DNA from: Salinispira sp.
GTDB lineage: Bacteria > Spirochaetota > Spirochaetia > DSM-27196 > Salinispiraceae
Reading direction: 5' to 3'
NCBI GenBank assembly: GCA_965602015.1
Contig: OZ271918.1
Span: 320,001-384,000, forward strand
Length of the DNA stretch: 64,000 nucleotides
A program made the position numbers and the translations under genes. Below the pieces are notes generated by a model. The model searched no databases, had not been told where the DNA came from, and was given only the letters and a program-made list of their open reading frames with translations. The stretch's first letter is position 1; each line of letters begins with the position of its first letter. This document shows positions 1-9,577 of the stretch, piece after piece.

Positions 1-648
1 CTCCTGGGGGCCATAGCCGTTGCGGCCTATTCATATATGGCTCTGGTGCCCATCATCCAGCCGCCGATTATGCGCATGCTTACCAGCAAGGAGGAGCGGC
101 GCATAAAAATGAAACAGCTCCGACCGGTGTCCCGACGGGAAAAGATTATTTTTCCCGTATTGGTCCTTATTCTGTGCGCCTTGTTCCTTCCCGACGCCAC
201 TCCCCTTATCGGAGCACTGATGTTCGGCAACCTCGCCCGGGAGGCCGGCGTGGTGGACAGGCTTTCTGAAACCATGCAGAATTCCATGATCAATATCGTC
301 ACAATTCTGTTAGGTCTCTCTGTAGGCTCGAAGCTACAGGCTGCCAAGTTCCTCAAAGCCGAAACACTAGGCATACTTGTTCTCGGTCTGCTCGCTTTCA
401 GCGTCGGTACCGCGGCCGGAGTTCTTCTGGGCAAACTTATGAATCGCCTGTCCCGGGAAAAGATCAATCCCCTTATCGGAGCAGCGGGAGTCTCGGCGGT
501 GCCCATGGCGGCCAGGGTGGCGAGCAAGCTCGGGCAGGATGAGGATCCCGATAACATCCTGCTGATGCATGCCATGGGGCCGAATGTGGCGGGGGTCATA
601 GGTTCCGCAGTGGCGGCCGGCATCCTGATTGCCCTCAGTTCAGTGTAA
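1..648 (+). CDS. oadB: Na+-translocating decarboxylase beta subunit (OadB/GcdB/MmdB family), 5' partial
   Basis: Motifs [36 protein letters not shown] and [14 protein letters not shown]; the frame is open to the window edge. Confidence 0.9.
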   Translation, partial: LLGAIAVAAYSYMALVPIIQPPIMRMLTSKEERRIKMKQLRPVSRREKIIFPVLVLILCALFLPDATPLIGALMFGNLAREAGVVDRLSETMQNSMINIVTILLGLSVGSKLQAAKFLKAETLGILVLGLLAFSVGTAAGVLLGKLMNRLSREKINPLIGAAGVSAVPMAARVASKLGQDEDPDNILLMHAMGPNVAGVIGSAVAAGILIALSSV

Positions 649-730
649 TTTCTGCTCAGTGTAAATTATGACCCGCGACTGGCAAAGCTGATTAAAAACG
701 CCTACAATTTCTATCAAAAGGCAGGGTAAT

Positions 731-2086
731 TTGGCAGGGACACTTTTGCGAACCATAGAACTCCTCAAATCTGCGGTCGACGAACTCTCGATACCCGCAT
801 CCTTGGCTGATATCGAACGGGTGGGAATTATGGTCAACAAGGCGATGTCCACTCAGGCCAGAAGTTTTCACACTGCAGAGCATATTTTCAATTTGGTAAG
901 ACCGGGGTACCCCCTGCAAACCATGGCGGCCCTCTTTCACGACATCGTCTACTACACGATTGATCAGGGTTTTGTTCCTGAGATCGAAGAAATTCTCATG
1001 AACTATGTGGAGGAGAGGGATGACGGGGTCTATATCCGGGATGATCTGGACCCGGAGGCCAGCTGTATTAGAGGTGTCCTCGGCGTCTTTGGTTTTGCTC
1101 CGGGTGATAAGCTTCCGGCTTTCGGAGGCATGAACGAGCTGCTTTCCGCAGTGGTGTTCGTCCATGAATTCGAAAACATGATGAACCACCGCCACATTCT
1201 GGAAGTCATCAGCTATATTGAAGCGACCATTCCCTTCAGAAAACCAAATGACAGCGGGCAAACTCCGCCTGAGGCCCTGGCCGAGAGAATACGCATGCTC
1301 AACGATAAATATAGTCTTGAGCTGAGCGATGAACACATCGTCGAAACCGTCCAGGCGGCAGTACGCTTCGCCAATACCGATGTGGAGAATTTTGCGGAAA
1401 AAGATGTGGCAGCCTTCCTGGATAACACCTGGAAGCTGCTGCCGGAAACCAATCCCTCCCTGCGGACAACCGGTCTGTACACCGTTAAAAATTACCGAAT
1501 AGCCCTGCAAAAAATGGAAGGCTTTATGAACTTCCTCGATCCCGGGCTGATTTTTTCATCTTTTGAGGGAATGCCTGGTGAAAACGAGCTTGGGGAACTC
1601 AATTCCCGGGCCAAACGGAATGTCATTGCTGCCCGGGACTATTTGGGAATTAAACTGTTAACCACCGGAATTCTGGAGGCAATAGCCGATGTCTCCGGAG
1701 GCGATGTTCCCATCGCCCTTCTCATGGGTGATATCTCCGATGAGGAGAGCCTGGAGAAGTTTGAGAATATGCTGCCCCCACTGAAAGTGCAGGCCGGTGC
1801 GGCAATCGGATCTACGGTTTTCCGTTTGCTTGCTGAAGGGCGCAAACAGGGAAGTTCATTCGATCTTAACCGAAGCCCGTTATCAAAATTCATATACCTG
1901 CACATCGGCACCACCCACATGAAGAAATATCTGCAGCCCCTCGCCGAAATGTTTGACGGCAAACGGAGCGCCGAATCCTTTCTCAAGGAACTGCCGCGGG
2001 ATTTGGTGCTGCCGGTTGTCAAAGCCTGTGGTGAAATGGCCTTTACCCGGAAAACCCCCCTTCTTGATTTCGCCGCGAAGCTCTGA
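731..2086 (+). CDS. Conserved hypothetical protein with an HD-like metal-binding motif
   Basis: 451-aa ORF with TTG start; FHTAEH...ALFHDIVY resembles HD-superfamily motifs. Confidence 0.6.
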   Translation: MAGTLLRTIELLKSAVDELSIPASLADIERVGIMVNKAMSTQARSFHTAEHIFNLVRPGYPLQTMAALFHDIVYYTIDQGFVPEIEEILMNYVEERDDGVYIRDDLDPEASCIRGVLGVFGFAPGDKLPAFGGMNELLSAVVFVHEFENMMNHRHILEVISYIEATIPFRKPNDSGQTPPEALAERIRMLNDKYSLELSDEHIVETVQAAVRFANTDVENFAEKDVAAFLDNTWKLLPETNPSLRTTGLYTVKNYRIALQKMEGFMNFLDPGLIFSSFEGMPGENELGELNSRAKRNVIAARDYLGIKLLTTGILEAIADVSGGDVPIALLMGDISDEESLEKFENMLPPLKVQAGAAIGSTVFRLLAEGRKQGSSFDLNRSPLSKFIYLHIGTTHMKKYLQPLAEMFDGKRSAESFLKELPRDLVLPVVKACGEMAFTRKTPLLDFAAKL

Positions 2087-2097
2087 CAAATACGAAG

Positions 2098-2124
2098 TGC
2101 CCCCAAAACAGCTGATTTAAATCT
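2098..2124 (+). repeat. Solo copy of the IS/MITE end motif
   Basis: tgcccccaaaacagctgatttaaatc, identical to the reverse complement of the right end of the MITE at 4328-4470. Confidence 0.85.
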
Positions 2125-2196
2125 TCTTCGCAACTAAATTCCAGCCTTCCGGGCTGGGCCGGGGGAGCTCCGTGGACTGCCCCCGGTAAGCCTTCT

Positions 2197-3594
2197 CTAT
2201 CGCAAGCGGTAGACCCGGTATTCGTATGGCTCAAAATCAAGCGTTCCTGCGGTTTGCATTTTGTTGCCGCTGAACAGTTCGATATATTCTCCCTGATACT
2301 CTTCCGGCAGGGTGAGCTGCTGGACTTCATCGGTTTTGTTCACCAGCACCATCAGTTCCTCCGCTTCAGCGCGCCGTACATATGATAGTACTGCCCGGCC
2401 GTTGTCCTGCCGTACCCGCTTGATATCCCCGAAACGGAGAGCCGGGCTTGACTGCCAGATTCGGCCGAGTTCTGTGTAAAAGCTTCGGATTTCGGGATTC
2501 TGGTCCCAGTCGTAGTTCCATTTGTCGAAAAACGCCCAACTGTCTTCATTGCCGATTTCCTGTCCGTTGTAAATGAGGGGCACGCCGGGCATAAATAGAT
2601 GGCCGACGGCTGCCGCCATGGCGCCTTCCTGTCCGCCGAAAAGCTCACTCGGGGCGGCATCCCAGGCGGTTTCGTCATGATTGGTGGTAAAACGCATATA
2701 TCCCGCATCGCCGATATTCTTCTGTTCGGTTTCGACGCTTGCTACGAATACGCTGGCTCCGCCGCCCCGCCAGACATTCTTAAGGTTCCCGTAGGCTGAC
2801 CATGCATAAATCAGCTGGTAGCCCGCGTCTCTCAGGGTTGCATCGCCTGTTTCACCGAGTAACAGCACTGGTTTGATGTCCTTCACCCGGGGGATGCTCT
2901 CCTCCCAAAAATCCCTGGGAATCATCGAGGCAGTATCGACCCGGTAACCGTCGATATCAAACTCCGAAACCCAGTACATCATCACATTGGTGAGTTCTTC
3001 CCTCAGTTCAGCGTTGGAAAAATCCAGGTCTGCCACATCGCTCCAGTCGGCTACCGGAGGCATCATGTTTCCCGAGTCATCTCGTGAGTACCATTCGGGG
3101 TTTTCTTCAACCCAGGGGTGATCCCATGCGGTGTGGTTTATCACCAGGTCGAGGATGATATGCATGCCTCTGCGGTGTATTTCATCGACCAGGGTCCGGA
3201 AGTCCTCATCGCTTCCGTATGCCGGGTCTACGGCGTAGTAGTCGGTAATTGAATAGGGCGAACCCAGAGGACCCTTCCGCTCGATTTCGCCGATGGGATG
3301 TATCGGCATCAGCCAGATGGTCTCGACGCCCAGGGACTGAATTTCATCAAGCCGGGGAATGATCGCCTGAAAGGTTCCTTCTGGAGTAAAGTCACGGACA
3401 AACAACTCGTAAATAAGACCTTCCTGTATCCACGAGGGCTCCAGGCGGGTTTCAACGATTTCCTGGCCGGCCCTGGTGCCTTCCGGCGGCGGGGGCAGGC
3501 TGGGTCCACAGGAAATCGCCACAGTGGAAAATACCGCAACCATTATTGCGGAGAAAATCTTTACCGGGTTAGAACTGAATCGGGTATTGAACAT
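2197..3594 (-). CDS. GH13 alpha-amylase-family lipoprotein
   Basis: IYELFVRDFT, DLVINHTAWDH, GYRVDTA and NHDE catalytic regions; lipobox-like AISC. Confidence 0.9.
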   Translation of the reverse strand: MFNTRFSSNPVKIFSAIMVAVFSTVAISCGPSLPPPPEGTRAGQEIVETRLEPSWIQEGLIYELFVRDFTPEGTFQAIIPRLDEIQSLGVETIWLMPIHPIGEIERKGPLGSPYSITDYYAVDPAYGSDEDFRTLVDEIHRRGMHIILDLVINHTAWDHPWVEENPEWYSRDDSGNMMPPVADWSDVADLDFSNAELREELTNVMMYWVSEFDIDGYRVDTASMIPRDFWEESIPRVKDIKPVLLLGETGDATLRDAGYQLIYAWSAYGNLKNVWRGGGASVFVASVETEQKNIGDAGYMRFTTNHDETAWDAAPSELFGGQEGAMAAAVGHLFMPGVPLIYNGQEIGNEDSWAFFDKWNYDWDQNPEIRSFYTELGRIWQSSPALRFGDIKRVRQDNGRAVLSYVRRAEAEELMVLVNKTDEVQQLTLPEEYQGEYIELFSGNKMQTAGTLDFEPYEYRVYRLR

Positions 3595-3714
3595 CGCATA
3601 TTGCTCCTGTTTTTCTTGATAAAATCCCAGGAGAATCCTAACAGCAGATCGGGGAAATCACAAGTTTTCTCTCCGGTATTGAACCATCGGTCAGAAAGGC
3701 GTAGCTTATAGCCG

Positions 3715-4320
3715 ATGAATATCTGTTATGCTAATCCCTTTGCTTGGAAAAGAGTAAAAATTCTGACGGCAGCGTTCTTTTTATTCGGACTTATTTTGTC
3801 TCCGCTGTTCGCCCATCCCCATATCTGGATAGATGTAGAGTTTCGACCGACTATACAAAACGGCGTCATGGAGAGTCTGGAAATCCTCTGGATCTTCGAT
3901 GAATGGTACAGCGCCGGGTACCTCCTGGACTTCGATACCGACGGTAACCGCAGCTTCGATCCCCGGGAGGTGGCGAACATCTACGAAAATGCGTTTCGCG
4001 GATTGGATGAGCTCGATTATTTCACCCAGATAACTTACCGCGGAAGGAGACTCGATATTCCCGGTCCGCGGATGTTCGCCGCTGATTTTATCGATGGGCG
4101 ATTGATATATCGATTTGCCATGGACTTTAATCAACGAGTGTCGGCCGGGGGCGAACTGGTGGCTCTATGTGTGGATCCGGAATACTACATCGCGTTTTTT
4201 TCCAATGAAGTCAGGCCTGAAGGGGACGGGAGCCTGAGGCCGATTCTCCGGGAGACCATCATCGACTTTGACATCTGGGGCAGCCACGGCTTGCAAACCA
4301 TGGTTATTTCTCGCAGATAA
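3715..4320 (+). CDS. DUF1007-type exported metal-binding protein
   Basis: Signal peptide followed by AHPHIWID, W.FDE.YS and DPEYYIAF motifs. Confidence 0.8.
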   Translation: MNICYANPFAWKRVKILTAAFFLFGLILSPLFAHPHIWIDVEFRPTIQNGVMESLEILWIFDEWYSAGYLLDFDTDGNRSFDPREVANIYENAFRGLDELDYFTQITYRGRRLDIPGPRMFAADFIDGRLIYRFAMDFNQRVSAGGELVALCVDPEYYIAFFSNEVRPEGDGSLRPILRETIIDFDIWGSHGLQTMVISRR

Positions 4321-4327
4321 TATTCAG

Positions 4328-4470
4328 TGCCCCCAAAACAGCTGATTTTCAGGCTGTAAAATGCTCTATGATAAGCAGAAACGGGCATTTTTCTCGAGCG
4401 CGCGATTGACGGCGCTTAATTCCAATCCTGTGAACAGATTACATGATTTAAATCAGCTGTTTTGGGGGCA
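4328..4470. mobile_element. MITE (143 bp) with terminal inverted repeats shared with the IS at 39534
   Basis: tgcccccaaaacagctgattt ... aaatcagctgttttgggggca form a perfect IR; non-coding; between convergent genes. Confidence 0.9.
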
Positions 4471-4486
4471 CTACTAAAAATACCCA

Positions 4487-5533
4487 CTAACCCGCTATCT
4501 GGCTTAAAAGCAATAAAACCGCCGCAACTATTATAATAACCAGACCGCCGGCTTCCACCCATTCGGCTGCCGCAGCGCCGACCTTGCCGGAAAATCTCCT
4601 GACGATAAACTCCCTTCCCCGAATCAAACCGACAGTGAGAACTGCCATGCTGATAAACCCTCCCAGAGAAACGCCGGCGACCAGAATTATGGAATGAAAC
4701 ACAAGTCCGTTAACCACACCAAAAATGAGAAGAACGGTGCTGACCGGACAGGGAATGATGCCGATGCTCAGGGCCAGCCACAGGGGGTTTTGCCGCCGAC
4801 CGGGTTTGCCGGTCACCGAGGGGTCGTCGGAAGGCGTGCCGTCGCTAGCTGTCCGGTCGTGGCCCGGTGAATGGTCTTCTGAATGCCGGTGATGATCATC
4901 CGGACCATCATGATGGTGGTGATGGCCTCCAGTTCCCCCATGGTGGTGATGTCCTCCGGGGAGCCAGTGGCTGAGAAGATGGCCGCCGCTGAGGACAATC
5001 ACGAGGCTGTAACTGATTATCTGAATAATCCGGCTGACTTCTCCTTGAATTTCGCCGACGCTGAGGGAAAGTAATCCGTAGCCCCCAAAAACCAGGGCGG
5101 CGGCTGAAAGGCTGTCGACGATGTTTATTCCCGCAGCTAAAACCAGGCTCTGGGAGACTCGGGCGTTGCGGGTGGAGACATAACTGAAGGTGAAAAGTTT
5201 TCCGTGACCGGGTCCGAGAACATGTATCATTCCAAAAAGCACGGCGGTAAGGAAGGATAGCAGCACAACGCCGAGATTTCCCCCTGCGCGTACCATTCTG
5301 CTGTAGCCGGCGATGGCCTGCTGGAGGTTGCGGCTCCAATTCAAAAAGAACTCAGGTACCGGTCCGCGGTAGGTTGCCGCAGGCCCATCTTCGATCTGCC
5401 CATCTTCCTGGGCTTCGGTGTTTCCCCGGTCTCCGCTGCTTCGAAACGGGTCCTGGGCCGTCAGCGACGGGACGAGTAGGATGAAAATCGAGATAAGAAT
5501 CAGTGCGAGCCGAAGGGGACGTAGTACATTCAT
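4487..5533 (-). CDS. RcnA/NiCoT-type nickel/cobalt transporter
   Basis: HVLGPGHGK motif, His-rich loop, GIIPCP motif, multiple TM segments. Confidence 0.85.
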   Translation of the reverse strand: MNVLRPLRLALILISIFILLVPSLTAQDPFRSSGDRGNTEAQEDGQIEDGPAATYRGPVPEFFLNWSRNLQQAIAGYSRMVRAGGNLGVVLLSFLTAVLFGMIHVLGPGHGKLFTFSYVSTRNARVSQSLVLAAGINIVDSLSAAALVFGGYGLLSLSVGEIQGEVSRIIQIISYSLVIVLSGGHLLSHWLPGGHHHHGGTGGHHHHHDGPDDHHRHSEDHSPGHDRTASDGTPSDDPSVTGKPGRRQNPLWLALSIGIIPCPVSTVLLIFGVVNGLVFHSIILVAGVSLGGFISMAVLTVGLIRGREFIVRRFSGKVGAAAAEWVEAGGLVIIIVAAVLLLLSQIAG

Positions 5534-5591
5534 GGCACTACCATGCCCGACGGCCTGCCCTCAGGTCAAGCGGAGCAAATGTACTGCAAGC

Positions 5592-6455
5592 TCAATGAAA
5601 CTGCCTGACAATTTCTTCGATATCCAGAGTTTTTCCTGGTTTTCTGTCATGGGCTTTCATGGCTGTGGCATGAAGTTCATCCAGCCGATCGTTCAGGGTC
5701 GGCCTGATTTCCCGGAAAAAGATGCCCGAGTAGCGCGGCTTCTCGCTGTACGCCGCGGCGAATGCCCGCATTTTGTCGTTCTCAGGGAAATCATCAGGCA
5801 GTTCCTCCCAGCCGGTTTTCAACACCTCCCATGGCATTGCCTGATAGGTCACACAGGGACTCATTATTTGGACGATGCTGAAACCCCGGTGATCCAGGGC
5901 AGCCCGGAGTACCGAACGCAGCTGGGGCTGGTTAAGCACCTGAACACGGGCGACGAAGCTGGCGTCGTAAGCGAGGAACATCGGCAGGGGATGGAGGGGC
6001 GCATCCTGGGGACCGTAAGGTGCGGTTTTTGTGCGGAAAGTCCCATCGGTGGTGGGGGAAGTCTGCCCCTTTGTCAGCCCATAAATATTGTTGTCCAGCA
6101 GCAGATAGGTTATGTCGATATTTTTCCGGGCCGCATGGGCGATGTGACCCCCGCCTATGCTTAAACCATCGCCGTCACCGCCTACTGCAATAACATGCAG
6201 GTCCGGCCGGGCCGCTTTGAGTCCCGTCGCAGTGGGAACTGCCCGGCCGTGGGTGCCGTGCAGGGCGTACACATTGTAGTAATGGCTGAATCTCCCGGAA
6301 CAACCAATTCCCGAGACCATGCCGATTTCATGGGGAGGCAGGGCCATTTCTTCCAATACCTTGTTCAGGGCATTGTACACCGCATAATCGCCGCAACCCG
6401 GGCACCAAATCGGCTTTATACCGTCTTTTTTAAGGCTGGGTAATGGTTTCTTCAT
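5592..6455 (-). CDS. korB: 2-oxoacid:ferredoxin oxidoreductase beta subunit
   Basis: WCPGCG, SGIGCS, HGRA, GGDGDG and YGLTKGQTSPT motifs. Confidence 0.93.
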   Translation of the reverse strand: MKKPLPSLKKDGIKPIWCPGCGDYAVYNALNKVLEEMALPPHEIGMVSGIGCSGRFSHYYNVYALHGTHGRAVPTATGLKAARPDLHVIAVGGDGDGLSIGGGHIAHAARKNIDITYLLLDNNIYGLTKGQTSPTTDGTFRTKTAPYGPQDAPLHPLPMFLAYDASFVARVQVLNQPQLRSVLRAALDHRGFSIVQIMSPCVTYQAMPWEVLKTGWEELPDDFPENDKMRAFAAAYSEKPRYSGIFFREIRPTLNDRLDELHATAMKAHDRKPGKTLDIEEIVRQFH

Positions 6456-8265
6456 TTGCAATCCTCGCCACTTTTTCAATGCTGCGGAATATTTCTTCCG
6501 GAGTGAATGGCACCCCTTCGCATTTGTGCACTTCGATGGGTCTTACCCTAAACCGGGCAGTAATTAGATGGGCGAACTGGCCCGAAAGGTTTTCCTCTAC
6601 GATAATCAGATAGCGCAGGTGAAGCAAAAAACGCCCGATCTGCTTCTCCGGTAGGGGCCAGATGGTGTGGGGGTGCAGATGGCGCACCAGAATTCCCTGT
6701 TCTTCGGCCATGTACCGGGCTTCCCTGATGGCCCCCTCTGTTGAACCCCACCCGATGATTCCGATATCGGCGTTTGGATCGCCGTTGAACTCAATGGGGT
6801 TCTTTTCGAAATCCCTGCTGATGGTGAACATTTTGCGCTGCCTTCGCTTGCTCATCTTTAGATGGGTAGGCGGGGTCTGGTCTGCATAGCCGTACTCATC
6901 GTGTTCTATTCCCGTAGCCAGATACTGGCCTCCCGGGGTGCCGGGCCGGGTGATGGGGCTCATGCCGTCTTTTGTGTCTTCGTATCGTTTGAAATCCACG
7001 AGCTCATGTTCCCGGGGGGCCAGACGGGTAATGATGGGAACCGTGTCCGCCTTCGGAACCTTGAAGTGCTCCCTGGTCTGGGTGCTGTCCTTGTATACGA
7101 AGCGGCTGAAGTCGGGCATTTCCACCGTGGCTTTGCGGTATCCGATCGATTGGTCCAGGAGCATTATCACCGGCAGCTGATAGCGCTCTGCCAGGTTGAA
7201 GGCCCGGATGGTCTGATAATAGCTGTCCTGAACCGAAGTCGGCGCAAGGATTATTCGCGGTGACTCGCCGGCGCTTCCGTACACCGCAAACTTCAGATCA
7301 GACTGCTCGGTTTTTGTCGGAAGCCCGGTGCTCGGTCCTCCCCGCTGGACATCAACCACCACCATGGGCGTTTCGATCATTGCGCCAAGGCTGAGCTGCT
7401 CTGCCATGAGCTGCAGGCCCGGTCCGCTGGTGGGCACGATGACTTTTTCCCCGCCGAATGAAGCCCCGATAATCGCCGAAATCGCGGCGATTTCATCCTC
7501 CATCTGCAAGGCCTTGCCGCCGGCTTGGGGCATAAGCCGGGCCAGGGTTTCAAAGATCGATGTGGATGGGGTTATGGGATAGCCCGCCACAAAGCGGCAG
7601 CCCGCGGTTATGGCACCCAGGGCGACTGCCTCATTACCCGACAGGAACATGTAATTTTCTTTTGCCGGCGGCGCGGCCGAGAGGGCAAAGCGCGGTTCCA
7701 GGCCTTCCCGGGTCGCGTATTCATACCCGCCGTGCAATGCGCTGACGTTTTTGTCGATGAGCACGCTGCCTTTTTTCCCGTAGCGCTCAGTCAGGAGCTT
7801 TTCCGAAACCTGCTGGTCGACCCCGAAGAGCCGGCCCAGAACCCCCTGTGCCACGGCGTTTTTGCTCCGTTCTGACCCGGCGACTTCCTTTGCCAGACGG
7901 GTAAAGGGCACGGGAATGCACTGAATATCTATCAGCTCTTCGGGAACCACCGTATCGGGGTCATAGTAGAGCACGCCCCCGGGCTTCACATCCTGGATGC
8001 TCCGGTCATAACCCCGCTGGTTAAAGGCCACAAGATAGTCGACCTTGCTGCCCAGGGAGTAAATGGTATTGTCCCTGACCCGGATCTGGATCATGGAATA
8101 ACCGCCCTTCATCTCCGCCGGATAGGTGATAAAGGTGAATACATGGTATTTCGTTCGGGATGCGGCTTTGGCGAACAGTTCGCCGCAGCTAATGACCCCT
8201 TCGCCGGCTTCTCCGGCGAGCCTGATGATAAAATCAACATCGGAGCGGTACGCCCTGGCTTTCAT
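6430..8265 (-). CDS. korA: 2-oxoacid:ferredoxin oxidoreductase alpha subunit (gamma-alpha fusion)
   Basis: GEAGEGV, AGYPITPS, EDEIAA, TSGPG and QRGGPSTGLPTK motifs. Confidence 0.93.
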   Translation of the reverse strand: MKARAYRSDVDFIIRLAGEAGEGVISCGELFAKAASRTKYHVFTFITYPAEMKGGYSMIQIRVRDNTIYSLGSKVDYLVAFNQRGYDRSIQDVKPGGVLYYDPDTVVPEELIDIQCIPVPFTRLAKEVAGSERSKNAVAQGVLGRLFGVDQQVSEKLLTERYGKKGSVLIDKNVSALHGGYEYATREGLEPRFALSAAPPAKENYMFLSGNEAVALGAITAGCRFVAGYPITPSTSIFETLARLMPQAGGKALQMEDEIAAISAIIGASFGGEKVIVPTSGPGLQLMAEQLSLGAMIETPMVVVDVQRGGPSTGLPTKTEQSDLKFAVYGSAGESPRIILAPTSVQDSYYQTIRAFNLAERYQLPVIMLLDQSIGYRKATVEMPDFSRFVYKDSTQTREHFKVPKADTVPIITRLAPREHELVDFKRYEDTKDGMSPITRPGTPGGQYLATGIEHDEYGYADQTPPTHLKMSKRRQRKMFTISRDFEKNPIEFNGDPNADIGIIGWGSTEGAIREARYMAEEQGILVRHLHPHTIWPLPEKQIGRFLLHLRYLIIVEENLSGQFAHLITARFRVRPIEVHKCEGVPFTPEEIFRSIEKVARIANEETITQP

Positions 8266-8413
8266 GCAGGCCTCCTGCCCTAATAATATCCCGAAAATCC
8301 CACTTGTAAAGCGTGTAATTCAATATATTGAACGATTTTTGCCGGAGAATCCTGGTAGATTGCCCAATCGCACATACTTGTCGCGCTTATGACGGCCACG
8401 GTACTATTTCCCG

Positions 8414-9577
8414 GTGAAAAGCAGTCAAAGCATAAGCATCGCCCACGCCCGCCGCATCATCCTTGAAGACTATCGCCGCCGCCGCAGCGCAGAGATGGAC
8501 CGAGGGCCCGATTCGGCCCAGCGGGCTCTCGAAGAGTCGGGGTACATTCAGATCGACACGATATCGCGGATAATCCGTGCCCATCACCACAGCTTTTACA
8601 ACAGAAGTGAGCATTACCAGCCGACGGATCTCGATGAGGCCCAGCGACGGGGCGGAGTATTTGAATACTGGTCACATGCGGCGGCTTACCTGCCCATGAG
8701 CAGTTACCGCTACTGTCTTCCTCGAATGGAGCGGATGCGCAGGGGCGGCGGGTACGGTCCAAACGCCGATGCCGCTCTGGCAGATGAAGTCCTGAGACGG
8801 ATCCGCACCGAGGGGCCCCTGATGAGCAAGGATTTCGCCCATTCCACACGGCCCGGTGGCGGCTGGTGGGACTGGAAGCCCGCCAAAATCGCGTTGGAAC
8901 ATCTGTTTCACCGTGGTCAGCTGGTAATCGCCGGCCGGAAGAATTTCCAAAAACAGTACGCCCTGCCGGAGCAGGTATTACCCGCAGACCTGGATACTTC
9001 CCCGCCGAGCCGGGAGGAAATGGCGGATTATCTCATCGATCTGACACTGCGCAATCAGCTTTTCAGCCGGGGGAAGTATCTGCGCTCCCAGCACAGGGAC
9101 GGGGCTGAGGGAATCCCCCAGGCGGTGAACCGTCAGCTTGAGGAGGGACTGCTCGTTGCCGTCGACATAGAAGACCGGGGCCTGTGGTACTGCCGTCCCC
9201 AAACCCTGGAGCAGAGTGCTCACCCAGACCACATGTGGGCCCGAATTGTTTCGCCCTTTGACGGTTTGGTAATCCAGAGGGCCTGGATTGCGGAACTTTT
9301 TGATTTTACCTACCAAATCGAGTGCTATGTCCCCGCGGCCAAGCGGCGCTACGGATATTTCACCCTGCCCATTATTGGACCACGGGGTTTTGCGGGTCTC
9401 CTGGATGCCAAGGCCGAACGCAAGAACCGGGTTTTTAATGTCATCTCCCTATACCTCAAGGCCTCTAAGCAAAATGACCCGGAGTTCCGAATTGCTCTTG
9501 ATAAGGAGATCGAGCGGTTTGCTGCCTTTAACGGTTGCGAGACAGTAGAGTGTGAATCGGTCCTGCCCTACGAATGA
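8414..9577 (+). CDS. YcaQ/AlkZ-family winged-helix crosslink-repair DNA glycosylase
   Basis: IQIDTI (QxD), FEYWSHAA, WWDWKPAK, SPFD and IECYVPAAKRRYGYF motifs. Confidence 0.88.
   Translation: MKSSQSISIAHARRIILEDYRRRRSAEMDRGPDSAQRALEESGYIQIDTISRIIRAHHHSFYNRSEHYQPTDLDEAQRRGGVFEYWSHAAAYLPMSSYRYCLPRMERMRRGGGYGPNADAALADEVLRRIRTEGPLMSKDFAHSTRPGGGWWDWKPAKIALEHLFHRGQLVIAGRKNFQKQYALPEQVLPADLDTSPPSREEMADYLIDLTLRNQLFSRGKYLRSQHRDGAEGIPQAVNRQLEEGLLVAVDIEDRGLWYCRPQTLEQSAHPDHMWARIVSPFDGLVIQRAWIAELFDFTYQIECYVPAAKRRYGYFTLPIIGPRGFAGLLDAKAERKNRVFNVISLYLKASKQNDPEFRIALDKEIERFAAFNGCETVECESVLPYE

Noticed and set aside
2098..2124. End motif as a REP element or transcription-factor site
   Set aside because: Only CAGCTG is palindromic; the motif occurs as paired IRs around a transposase and MITEs, so transposon ends explain it better
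4310..4490. Target-site duplication around the first MITE
   Set aside because: No convincing direct repeat, either flush or at a 6-7 nt offset
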